From Fibrobacter succinogenes subsp. succinogenes S85 (GTDB lineage: Bacteria > Fibrobacterota > Fibrobacteria > Fibrobacterales > Fibrobacteraceae), in NCBI RefSeq assembly GCF_000146505.1, contig NC_017448.1, positions 1 to 32,000 on the forward strand: DNA of 32,000 nucleotides, written 5' to 3'. The translations under genes were made by a program, and so were the position numbers. The notes beneath the pieces were generated by a model that was not told the origin of the DNA, did no database searches, and worked only from the letters and a program-made list of their open reading frames with translations. Positions within the stretch are counted from its first letter, which is position 1. Each line of letters begins with the position of its first letter. Of the stretch, positions 24,684 to 32,000 are shown piece by piece.

Positions 24684-26279
24684 TTACTTCTTCTTCGTCT
24701 TCTTTGTTTCAAGCCATTCGTCGAAGGTAATGCTGCGGTCAACAACACCATTCGGCGTGAGTTCCAAAACGCGGTTTGCGACTGTTTGGACAAATTCATG
24801 GTCCTGAGAGCAGAAGATGACCGGACCCTGGAATGCCTTGAGGCCGTTGTTCAAAGCGGTGATGGCTTCCAAGTCGAGGTGAGCGGTCGGTTCGTCGAGC
24901 AACAAGCAGTTTGCGTTCGAAAGCATCATCTTCGAAAGCATGCAGCGCACCTTTTCACCACCGGAGAGCACGTTGGCGCTCTTGAGGGCTTCTTCACCGG
25001 TAAAGAGCATACGGCCGAGGAATCCGCGGATGAACGTTTCGTCCTGTTCCTTGCTGTACTGGCGCAGCCAATCCACGAGGGAGAGATCTGTCTTGAAGTA
25101 AGCGTCGTTGTTCTTCGGGAAGTAGTTGTAGCTGATGGTGTTGCCCCACTTGAGCACGCCATCCGGAGCCTTGATTTCTTCGGCAATGAGCTGGAAGAAT
25201 GCCGTCTTGAGTGTGTCGTATTCACCGACGAGAGCGACCTTGTCCTGGTTGCCGAGCGAGAAGTCGAATCCCTTGCAGACGATGCCGTCGCCGCCATCAA
25301 CGGTGGCGTTCTTGACTTCGAGCACGATCTTACCCGGTTCGCGGTCCATCTTGAAGTTCACCCACGGGAACTTACGGCTCGATGCCGGCATTTCTTCGAC
25401 GGTCATCTTGTCCAAAAGCTTCTTACGGCTGGTGGCCTGCTTAGCCTTAGCGGCGTTCGATGCGAAGCGGCGGATGAACGCCTTCAATTCTTCGATCTTT
25501 TCTTCGGCGCGGCGGTTCTGGTCCTTGCGCTGCTTCTGGGCGAGCTGGCTTGCTGCGTACCAGAATTCGTAGTTACCGCCGTAAATGTTGATCTTGCCGT
25601 AGTCGATATCGCATGTGTGCGTGCAGACGGCGTTCAAGAAGTGACGGTCATGGCTCACCACGATCACGATGTTTTCGAAACGTTCGAGGTAGTCTTCGAG
25701 CCAGCCGACGGTTTCCAAGTCAAGGTGGTTCGTCGGTTCGTCCAAGAGCAAAATGTCCGGGTTGCCAAACAGAGCCTGGGCAAGGAGCACGCGGATCTTC
25801 TGGCCGCCATCGAGTTCGGACATCAAGTTGTAGTGGAATTCTTCGGGAATGCCAAGACCCTTGAGGAGCACGGCTGCGTTGGAGTCGGCTTCGTAACCGC
25901 CGATTTCGCCAAAGCGCGTTTCGATTTCCATGGCCTGCATGCCCTGTTCTTCGGTCATTTCAGGGAGCGCGTAAAGTTCGTCGCGCTTCTTGCCAAGTTC
26001 GTAGAGTTCCGGGAAACCCATCATCACGGTTTCGAGGACTGTGTTATTTTCGTAGGCGAAGTGGTCCTGCTTCAAAACGGCGATACGTTCGCCTGGGTCC
26101 TTCGTGACTTCACCCGTGTTCGGTTCGAGTTCGCCCGAAAGAATCTTGAGGAATGTGGACTTGCCGGCACCATTTGCGCCGATGACACCGTAGCAGTTGC
26201 CTCTCTTGAAGGAAAGGTTCACTTCCTTGAAGAGGACGCGGCTACCATACTGGAGACTGACATTAGAAACATTAAGCAT
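24684..26279 (-). CDS. ABC-F family ATPase (YbiT-like translation factor class)
   Basis: 531 aa with two ABC cassettes and no TM domain. The first Walker A is GANGAGKST. There are two LSGG-type signatures (MSELDGGQKIRV, LSGGEKVRC) and a charged inter-domain linker. Confidence 0.9.
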   Translation of the reverse strand: MLNVSNVSLQYGSRVLFKEVNLSFKRGNCYGVIGANGAGKSTFLKILSGELEPNTGEVTKDPGERIAVLKQDHFAYENNTVLETVMMGFPELYELGKKRDELYALPEMTEEQGMQAMEIETRFGEIGGYEADSNAAVLLKGLGIPEEFHYNLMSELDGGQKIRVLLAQALFGNPDILLLDEPTNHLDLETVGWLEDYLERFENIVIVVSHDRHFLNAVCTHTCDIDYGKINIYGGNYEFWYAASQLAQKQRKDQNRRAEEKIEELKAFIRRFASNAAKAKQATSRKKLLDKMTVEEMPASSRKFPWVNFKMDREPGKIVLEVKNATVDGGDGIVCKGFDFSLGNQDKVALVGEYDTLKTAFFQLIAEEIKAPDGVLKWGNTISYNYFPKNNDAYFKTDLSLVDWLRQYSKEQDETFIRGFLGRMLFTGEEALKSANVLSGGEKVRCMLSKMMLSNANCLLLDEPTAHLDLEAITALNNGLKAFQGPVIFCSQDHEFVQTVANRVLELTPNGVVDRSITFDEWLETKKTKKK

Positions 26280-26284
26280 GGCGC

Positions 26285-26292
26285 CAAAGATA
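26285..26292 (-). promoter_or_regulatory. candidate -7 box TATCTTTG, 5 nt from the ATG (leaderless geometry)
   Basis: On the minus strand TATCTTTG-gcgcc-ATG (ATG at 26279..26277). This is an exact TAnnTTTG match with no Shine-Dalgarno. Confidence 0.45.
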
Positions 26293-26374
26293 GTAAATTG
26301 TGGGTCGGGATTGTAGGGGGCTTGGGCTTTGCTAGCCCGAAAAAGCTATTATTAAATGAAAGTGGGGTCATATT

Positions 26375-27127
26375 ATGAATTTTAATTTGTTTGTTAATGT
26401 GTCAAAACTTGCAACTTGCGTTTCTTTGGCTTTTGCTCTTTCGGCGTGCTACGAAAGTAGCGGTGTGACTTACGTTGAACCGGATAGCTATGGTGATTTA
26501 TCATCTTCATCATCCGAAAAAATCGCCTCCTCTTCATCCTCCAAGAAGTCCGCAAGTAGTTCTTCTTCTGTAAAGGCTGCTGCATCTTCGTCTTCTTCAA
26601 AGCCCGCGAGCAGCTCCTCTGCCTCCTTCTCATCCTCTGCGAAGTCTTCGTCTTCGGCAAAATCATCGTCTTCTTCCGCGGAAAAGTCCTTTTTCAGCGA
26701 AACCTGGCGCGAAGATTGCCTTGCGAAAATCAACGAATACCGTGCGACAGAAAATCTCGATCCGCTGACGCTTGCACCTGAAGAAAAACAGACTTGCACC
26801 GATCAAGAAGCTGCTGATGACCTCGCCGAAAACAAGGCTCACGGTCACTTTGGCAACTGCGGCGAAGGCGCACAAAACTCGGGGCCGAACTTCAATACCT
26901 CTTGGCGCAAAACGGCAACTGAAGCTACCGAAGCTTTCCTCAAGATGATGTGGGAAGATGAAAAGGCTCTCGTGACTAGTGGCGAGCGCGATCCCGACAA
27001 AAAAGAGGATTATTCCTACATCGGCCACTACCTCAACATGAAGGGCAATTACAAAACAGTCGCCTGTGGAATTGCTCTTACAGAAGATGGCAAAAAAGGC
27101 TGGCTGAATATCAATTTCTTCAGATAG
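26375..27127 (+). CDS. CAP/SCP/PR-1-like domain lipoprotein with a poly-Ser linker
   Basis: The signal plus lipobox is ...VSLAFALSAC. A roughly 70-aa Ser-rich linker follows. The C-terminal domain carries HGHF and GHYLNM....YKTVACGIA, resembling the CAP-domain GHYTQ..W....vGCG motif. Confidence 0.7.
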   Translation: MNFNLFVNVSKLATCVSLAFALSACYESSGVTYVEPDSYGDLSSSSSEKIASSSSSKKSASSSSSVKAAASSSSSKPASSSSASFSSSAKSSSSAKSSSSSAEKSFFSETWREDCLAKINEYRATENLDPLTLAPEEKQTCTDQEAADDLAENKAHGHFGNCGEGAQNSGPNFNTSWRKTATEATEAFLKMMWEDEKALVTSGERDPDKKEDYSYIGHYLNMKGNYKTVACGIALTEDGKKGWLNINFFR

Positions 27128-27201
27128 TCCATATATTATATAATACTCACAAGGGTTCCCAAACTTTCGGCTTTTAACTAACTTTTAATTAAGGTTAGAA
27201 A

Positions 27202-28698
27202 ATGATACGAAAGTTATATCTCCCTCTTCTTATTGCACTGTTCTCGCTCGCGCTCACATCGTGCCAAAGCGAGAAACAGACCGTCATCCCCAACAGGGTT
27301 CATTCCATCAGCGATCTCGGCCACAAAAAGGTGGGCGTGCAGATTGGCAACACCGCCGATATCTACGCATCGGACTTTGGTGGTGACACGGCGAAAATCG
27401 ATGTTGAACGCTACACGAAACTTGCCGATGCTGTGCAGGCGCTGTTGCAGGGGAAGATTGACGCGGTCATGAGTGACGACCAGCCAGCCAAGGCTTTCGT
27501 GCTCCAGAATCCGTCGCTTCGCATTCTCGAAGAAGTCTTCGTCGAAGAAATGTACGCGGGCGTTGTTGCGAAGGGCAACGAAGCGCTTTTGGATTCAGTG
27601 AACCAGGCGCTTGAAGCGATGAAGAAGGATGGCGTTTACGATTCCCTCTTCAACACGTACATTTATCGTTCGGGCAATTACCACTATCAGAAGAAAGTGA
27701 CCGAAGGCCCGAAGCTCGTTGTTTCGACCAACGCTCAGTTCCCGCCGTACGAATACTACGAGAACACAAAGATTGTCGGTCTCGATATCGAAATCGTGAA
27801 TTACATTGCCGATTACCTCAACCGCACTGTTGAAATTCAAGACATTGAATTTGACGCGATTATCAATGCGGTCGCATCGGGCAAGGCTGATGTCGGATTC
27901 TCGGGATTCACCGTGACCGAAGAACGCAAGAAGTCCATCAACTTCACGACTCCGTACACGCTCTCGAAAGTCGTCGTGATTGTCCGCGGTGACCAAGCTG
28001 TCGAAAGCGAAGAAAGCTTTGGCGATCATGTCTACAAGAATTTCGTGAAGGATTCCCGTTGGAAGTTCATTGTCGAAGGTCTCCGCAACACGCTCGTGAT
28101 TTCGTTCTTTGCGGCTCTCCTTGGCATCATGATTGGCTTTGTGATTGCGCAGATTCGCACGAGCAATGAATTCAACGGCCGCTTCAAGGTGCTGAACTGG
28201 TTTGCTAAGGCTTACCTCGCCGTGATTCGCGGCACGCCGATGATGATCCAGCTCCTCATCATTTACTACATCGTCTTCTCGTCGGTGAACATCAACAAGA
28301 TTCTCGTTGCGATTGTTGCATTCGGCATCAACTCGGGTGCTTACGTTTCTGAAATCATCCGCAGCGGCATCAAGGGCGTTGACCCGGGACAAATTGAAGC
28401 AGGCCGTAGCCTAGGCCTCAAGTTCCGCACTGTGCTTTATTACATCGTTTACCCGCAGGCGTTCAAGAACTCGCTTCCGGCGCTCACGAACGAGTTTATC
28501 TCGCTCATCAAGGAAACATCCATTTGCGGTTACATCGGCCTTACCGACCTCACTCGCGGTGGCGATATCATCCGCAGCATGACTTACGAAGCCATGCTCC
28601 CGCTCCTTGCTGTGGCAGCTATTTACTTTATCATTGTCGCCGGGCTTTCGGCTTGTGTTGCAAAACTTGAAAAGAGGTTGAAGAAAAATGAACGCTAA
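27202..28698 (+). CDS. amino-acid ABC transporter, fused substrate-binding domain and permease
   Basis: The lipobox is LALTSC. The roughly 260-aa SBP_bac_3-like region has its two halves in swapped order (see findings). The permease is polar-amino-acid (HisM/GlnP) type, with the EAA-like loop GQIEAGRSLGL and five or more TM segments. Confidence 0.9.
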   Translation: MIRKLYLPLLIALFSLALTSCQSEKQTVIPNRVHSISDLGHKKVGVQIGNTADIYASDFGGDTAKIDVERYTKLADAVQALLQGKIDAVMSDDQPAKAFVLQNPSLRILEEVFVEEMYAGVVAKGNEALLDSVNQALEAMKKDGVYDSLFNTYIYRSGNYHYQKKVTEGPKLVVSTNAQFPPYEYYENTKIVGLDIEIVNYIADYLNRTVEIQDIEFDAIINAVASGKADVGFSGFTVTEERKKSINFTTPYTLSKVVVIVRGDQAVESEESFGDHVYKNFVKDSRWKFIVEGLRNTLVISFFAALLGIMIGFVIAQIRTSNEFNGRFKVLNWFAKAYLAVIRGTPMMIQLLIIYYIVFSSVNINKILVAIVAFGINSGAYVSEIIRSGIKGVDPGQIEAGRSLGLKFRTVLYYIVYPQAFKNSLPALTNEFISLIKETSICGYIGLTDLTRGGDIIRSMTYEAMLPLLAVAAIYFIIVAGLSACVAKLEKRLKKNER

Positions 28699-29434
28699 TG
28701 CAGAAACTTTAATCCAGGTCAAGAACCTTTGCAAATCTTACGGTGACAAGCAAATCCTCAAGGGTATTTCGCTTGATATCCATCGCGGTGACGTGATTGC
28801 AATTATCGGCCCGTCAGGTTGTGGCAAGTCTACTTTCTTGCGCCAGCTGAACTTGCTTGAGCAGCCGACGAGCGGTGATATCCTTTTGGATGGCAAGAGC
28901 ATTTTGGCGAAGGATGTTTCGAAGCCTTCGATTCGCGAGCGCGTCGGCATGGTTTTCCAGCAGTTCAACCTGTTCAAGAACATGACCGCACTCAAGAACA
29001 TCATGTTTGCTCCGGTGAAACTCGGTCGCCTGTCCAAGGCAGAAGCCGAAACGCGTGCACGTGAACTCTTGAAGCGCGTGGGACTTTTGGACCGTGCTGA
29101 TCACTACCCGGCACAGCTTTCGGGCGGTCAGCAGCAGCGTATCGCCATTGCCCGTGCTATGGCCATGCAGCCCGAAGCGATTCTCTTTGACGAACCGACG
29201 AGCGCTTTGGATCCGGAAATGGTGGGCGAGGTGCTCAAGATCATGAAGGACCTTGCAAAGTCTGGAATGACGATGATTGTCGTGACGCACGAAATGAGCT
29301 TTGCTCGCGAAGTGGCAAACCGTGTGCTCTTCTTTGCCGATGGTTACGTTAAGGAAGACGGAAACCCCGAAGAAGTCTTTGACAATCCCAAGGACACCCG
29401 TCTCAAGGAATTCTTGTCCGCGCTCAAGAAGTAG
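28688..29434 (+). CDS. amino-acid ABC transporter ATP-binding protein (GlnQ/HisP-like)
   Basis: Motifs: Walker A GPSGCGKST, signature LSGGQQQRIAIARA, Walker B ILFDEPTSALD and H-loop VVTHEM. It overlaps the permease stop by 11 nt. Confidence 0.95.
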   Translation: MNANAETLIQVKNLCKSYGDKQILKGISLDIHRGDVIAIIGPSGCGKSTFLRQLNLLEQPTSGDILLDGKSILAKDVSKPSIRERVGMVFQQFNLFKNMTALKNIMFAPVKLGRLSKAEAETRARELLKRVGLLDRADHYPAQLSGGQQQRIAIARAMAMQPEAILFDEPTSALDPEMVGEVLKIMKDLAKSGMTMIVVTHEMSFAREVANRVLFFADGYVKEDGNPEEVFDNPKDTRLKEFLSALKK

Positions 29435-29486
29435 CTTTGCTAAGGTCCCTGAGCTTGTCGAAGGGCGCGGCACTCCCGCTATAACA

Positions 29487-29511
29487 AAACCCCGGTTTTA
29501 AACCGGGGTTT
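29487..29511. terminator. bidirectional intrinsic terminator
   Basis: AAACCCCGGTT-tta-AACCGGGGTTT is a palindrome, so U-runs follow the stem on both strands. It lies between the convergent genes ending at 29434 and 29563. Confidence 0.75.
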
Positions 29512-29562
29512 CTTGCTTTAAAATCGCGGGCATCTTGCCGGCATTTACCGGCGTTTCTGCAC

Positions 29563-29940
29563 TTAGTTATAGCTATTCTTAGCTTCGGACTGAGCCTTGA
29601 AAATCTTGTCGTATTCGTCCTTCGAGATTCTCATATAACCCGTCACAATCTTGCCAGATTCGTCTTCGCCGAATTCATAGTAGGCGGAGTCGCCCTTGAC
29701 GCGCATCAAAATGTCCATGTTGAGCGAATTCTTGCCACGGAGAGCGTTGTTCTCGTATTTGGCTGTGAGGTCGCCGTTCACGTTTCTGATGGTGTAATCG
29801 ACGTTGTTTTCGGTAAGAACTTCGAAAATCATGTCGGCTTCGCCTTTCCAGTAACCCGTATAGTTGGGCTTTTCATTGTTGCAGCCGAAGAACGTAAACG
29901 AAGAAAGTAAAAGTGCGGAGAGTATAAGTTTCGTTTTCAT
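29563..29940 (-). CDS. small lipoprotein of unknown function
   Basis: 125 aa. The signal plus lipobox is MKTKLILSALLLSSFTFFGC. No motif was recognised. Confidence 0.7.
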   Translation of the reverse strand: MKTKLILSALLLSSFTFFGCNNEKPNYTGYWKGEADMIFEVLTENNVDYTIRNVNGDLTAKYENNALRGKNSLNMDILMRVKGDSAYYEFGEDESGKIVTGYMRISKDEYDKIFKAQSEAKNSYN

Positions 29941-30007
29941 GCTCTTAAATTAGATAATTTTTTCCGGTTGGGTTAGCTAATCTATGTAATGTTGTTTTAA
30001 CGGTGAG

Positions 30008-31234
30008 TTATTTACAACACCTGAAACCGACACTCGGGTACTGGTTCTGCGGGTAGAAGCTGAATTTGCTTACGGAACAGCTACTTTCGTTGTTCGTGTT
30101 CCATGCGCCACCTGCGACCAGGAACTTGTCCGGGTGCTGCTTGCTTGTAGAGGCTGTCCATTCCCATAGGTTTCCGTTCATGTCGTACATGCCATACCAG
30201 CTGCGGCACTGAGCCTTGCGGCCACTTCTCTTGGCGGCCTTCGTGTTGGTGTTGCACTTGCTCTGCTTGTAACCATTACCGTAAGAGAACTTGAAACCGT
30301 CCTTGCCACGGCATGCGGCTTGCCATTCTTCAATCGTGCAGAGGTGCTTGCCTTCGTTCTTGCAGATGCGTGCGGCTTCTTCTTGGCTAACCATGTCCTT
30401 CGGCGTAGCGTCCGGCTGGTTCGGATATTCGTAAGCATCTACGCAGACAGTCTTTCCGCCAACCGGGACGGGGTAGGCGTTCTTGCCGCAAATGTTATCG
30501 CTTGCCATGTCGTACTTGGCTTCTTCCCAAGCGGAGCGGTTACCGACGGAGTCGGTGGCGTAGAAGAACACGGAACCGGTCTTGTTGTATTCAATGCCCT
30601 TGCTTGCGTCTTGCGGATTGAGCGTATCGCCGATGGAAACAAACGTCTTGCATTTGATTTCGTCGCACTTGACCTTGAGCTTGATCGGGTCGTAGTAGCG
30701 GCCTGCAGGCGGCGTGATTTCGGCTGTGGGCGGGACCTTGTCCGAGTTGCGGAGGCTATCGGCGAAGCGAGCCTTGTTCAGGGAATCCTGGCGGTCTCTC
30801 TCGATACGTGCGAGTGAGTCGTTAACGCGGGCGAGGCTATCCCTGCGGAACTTGCGATAGGCACGGATGCTGTCCTTGTTGACTGCCGGGACTTTGGGCA
30901 AATTGGCGAGCGAATCTGCCGTGCGGATGGAGTCCGCGATGCGCAAACTGTCTGCGATTCTAGCTTCTTCGAGAGCCTTCAAGCTGTCGGCCTTGGCCTG
31001 TTCGGCGCGGAGGCTATCAAGAATCTGCTGCTGGCGGAGTGCGAGTTCCGAGAGTTTCTGTTCTTCAAGCGCTTGCTGCTTGACCTTGTTGAGCTGGCAC
31101 TGCACTACAAAAAGGCAGATGAGCAAAAGGAACATCAAAATCAAGATGACGAGATTGCGTTTCCCGTTTTTCTTCTTCTGGTTGCCCTGCGCATTTTGTG
31201 CGTTCTTCGTAGAATTCTTTTCGTTGTTTGCCAT
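30008..31234 (-). CDS. membrane-anchored FGE-sulfatase (SUMF1/EgtB/PvdO) domain protein
   Basis: The N-terminus has a basic stretch plus a TM segment (NLVILILMFLLLICLFVV). A coiled-coil region with ten DS(L/I) motifs follows, then a segment resembling a chitobiase/hexosaminidase C-terminal-type domain (PPAGRYYDPIKLKV...SVFFYATDSVGN). The C-terminal FGE-type domain reads NGNLWEWT...AGGAW...VGFRC. Confidence 0.8.
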   Translation of the reverse strand: MANNEKNSTKNAQNAQGNQKKKNGKRNLVILILMFLLLICLFVVQCQLNKVKQQALEEQKLSELALRQQQILDSLRAEQAKADSLKALEEARIADSLRIADSIRTADSLANLPKVPAVNKDSIRAYRKFRRDSLARVNDSLARIERDRQDSLNKARFADSLRNSDKVPPTAEITPPAGRYYDPIKLKVKCDEIKCKTFVSIGDTLNPQDASKGIEYNKTGSVFFYATDSVGNRSAWEEAKYDMASDNICGKNAYPVPVGGKTVCVDAYEYPNQPDATPKDMVSQEEAARICKNEGKHLCTIEEWQAACRGKDGFKFSYGNGYKQSKCNTNTKAAKRSGRKAQCRSWYGMYDMNGNLWEWTASTSKQHPDKFLVAGGAWNTNNESSCSVSKFSFYPQNQYPSVGFRCCK

Positions 31235-31237
31235 AAG

Positions 31238-31993
31238 TTACACCTTGTTTTCGACTGCTTCGTTTTCACCTTCGGCTTGATCTTCTTCAATCACTTCGTT
31301 GAAGAGGTCGTGCCAGTGGCGGAAAATTTCTGCTTTAAGTTCTTTCGGGGTGAGGCCGCGTCTCAGGTTGTTTCTGTAAGCGGTAGAAATTTTACCTGTT
31401 TCTTCGGAGACGATGATGATGAGGGCATCACTTTCGGCAGCGAGAGCTTTAGCGGCGCGGTGGCGCATACCGTAGCCTGCATCGCCTTCGGCGTTACCGG
31501 TCGGCATTGGCAAAATACAGCCTGCGGCGACAATCGACTTGCAGTTGAGAATCACAGCGCCGTCGTGCAAAGCGGAGTTCGGGAAGAACAAAGCGCGTAA
31601 AAGTCTGGAGCTGATTCGTGCGTCGAGGTATTCACCTGTATCTGCGTAATTCTTGAGGCCCACGCGCTTTTCAAGCACGATGAGCGCACCGGTTTTTGTC
31701 TTTGCCAAATCCTGAACGGCCGTGCAAATTTTCTGGGCGATGTCATCGAGACCGCTTGCGTGGAAGAGGATGTTTCTCAAGTCCACTTTACTCACGCTCT
31801 GACCGATTCGCGTAAGGGCGCTTCGAATTTCGGGCTGGAACAAAATCACGATGGCGATAATACCGAGCGTAGCGAGGTTACTGAGCATCCATACAAGCGT
31901 ATGGAGTTCCCACCACTGCGCAATGAGCCATGCGAGAATGAGCAAAAAGCCGCCGAAAATCATCTGTGCTGCACGCGTCCCGCGGAACAGCAA
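31238..31993 (-). CDS. cdaA: diadenylate cyclase CdaA (DisA_N domain); the N-terminus may lie beyond the window
   Basis: TM helices are followed by TGALIVLE, ALHDGAVIL and GMRHRAAKALAAESDALIIIVSEETGKIS, the DGA and RHR motifs of DAC domains. The track start at 31993 is a TTG. The frame stays open to the window edge, so the true start is probably upstream of 32000. Confidence 0.9.
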   Translation of the reverse strand: MLFRGTRAAQMIFGGFLLILAWLIAQWWELHTLVWMLSNLATLGIIAIVILFQPEIRSALTRIGQSVSKVDLRNILFHASGLDDIAQKICTAVQDLAKTKTGALIVLEKRVGLKNYADTGEYLDARISSRLLRALFFPNSALHDGAVILNCKSIVAAGCILPMPTGNAEGDAGYGMRHRAAKALAAESDALIIIVSEETGKISTAYRNNLRRGLTPKELKAEIFRHWHDLFNEVIEEDQAEGENEAVENKV

Positions 31994-32000
31994 AAAGATG

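Noticed and set aside
9229-26378. Very long antisense ORFs opposite annotated genes: 9229..10797, 10818..12104, 13083..13724, 14098..15534, 15810..17777, 18145..19233, 20499..21149, 21862..22584, 24786..26378, 27595..28392 and 28814..29473.
   Set aside because: For the six full-length mirrors I checked modulo 3 (those opposite cimA, hisD, nadB, the PpiD-like gene, the porin-like gene and ABC-F), each is codon-aligned with a gene that has clear family motifs on the other strand. Their translations are low-information (rich in R, V, A and H) with no recognisable domains. They are explained by the absence of TTA, CTA and TCA codons in the sense genes. The shorter antisense ORFs listed were rejected for the same composition reasons without a frame check.
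30008-30200. The FGE/C-type-lectin-fold C-terminus as a possible diversity-generating retroelement target.
   Set aside because: There is no reverse transcriptase, no template-repeat copy of the C-terminal coding segment, and no Avd-like gene anywhere in the window.

Overview
This looks like the origin-proximal part of a roughly 50% GC bacterial chromosome, with dnaA as the first gene. Ser-rich lipoprotein linkers, a GLUG-repeat lipoprotein, a DUF285/BspA protein and TAnnTTTG-like promoter boxes suggest a Fibrobacter-like or FCB-group organism, but that is a guess. I support about 29 protein genes, one tRNA-Glu(CUC) with a near-consensus sigma70-type promoter, and a set of intrinsic terminators.

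Most genes are housekeeping:
- Replication, cofactor and amino-acid genes: dnaA, an SDR epimerase, nadE, cimA-like, hisD, nadB.
- Protein folding and translation: slyD, a PpiD-like rotamase, a CvfB/S1 RNA-binding protein, an ABC-F ATPase.
- Transport and signalling: an amino-acid ABC transporter, cdaA.
- Envelope proteins are interleaved with these: several lipoproteins, a porin-like barrel and an OmpA-family protein.

I see no CRISPR array, transposase, integrase, reverse transcriptase or recognisable multi-gene defence or toxin system.

The unusual signals, none verified without searches:
1. A family of composite intergenic elements built from tandem TTAGAAC heptads plus inverted partial copies. 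They sit directly after the TAG stops of three consecutive genes.
2. TAnnTTT(G/A/C) boxes placed 4-5 nt from ATG codons that lack a Shine-Dalgarno, suggesting leaderless mRNAs.
3. A DnaA whose Box VII arginines and domain IV contact residues look non-canonical by hand alignment.
4. A circularly permuted substrate-binding domain fused to an ABC permease.
5. cdaA tightly coupled to a membrane-anchored FGE/SUMF1-domain protein where CdaR would be expected.
6. A low-GC islet at about 22.7-24.7 kb carrying a signal-less DUF285/BspA repeat protein and an M15A-like peptidase.
7. A triplicated tRNA-tail plus terminator module.
8. Paired palindromic units flanking a bidirectional terminator at 20.0-20.4 kb.

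The many full-length antisense ORFs in the track are codon-aligned mirror ORFs. They arise from avoidance of TTA/CTA/TCA codons and are not genes.
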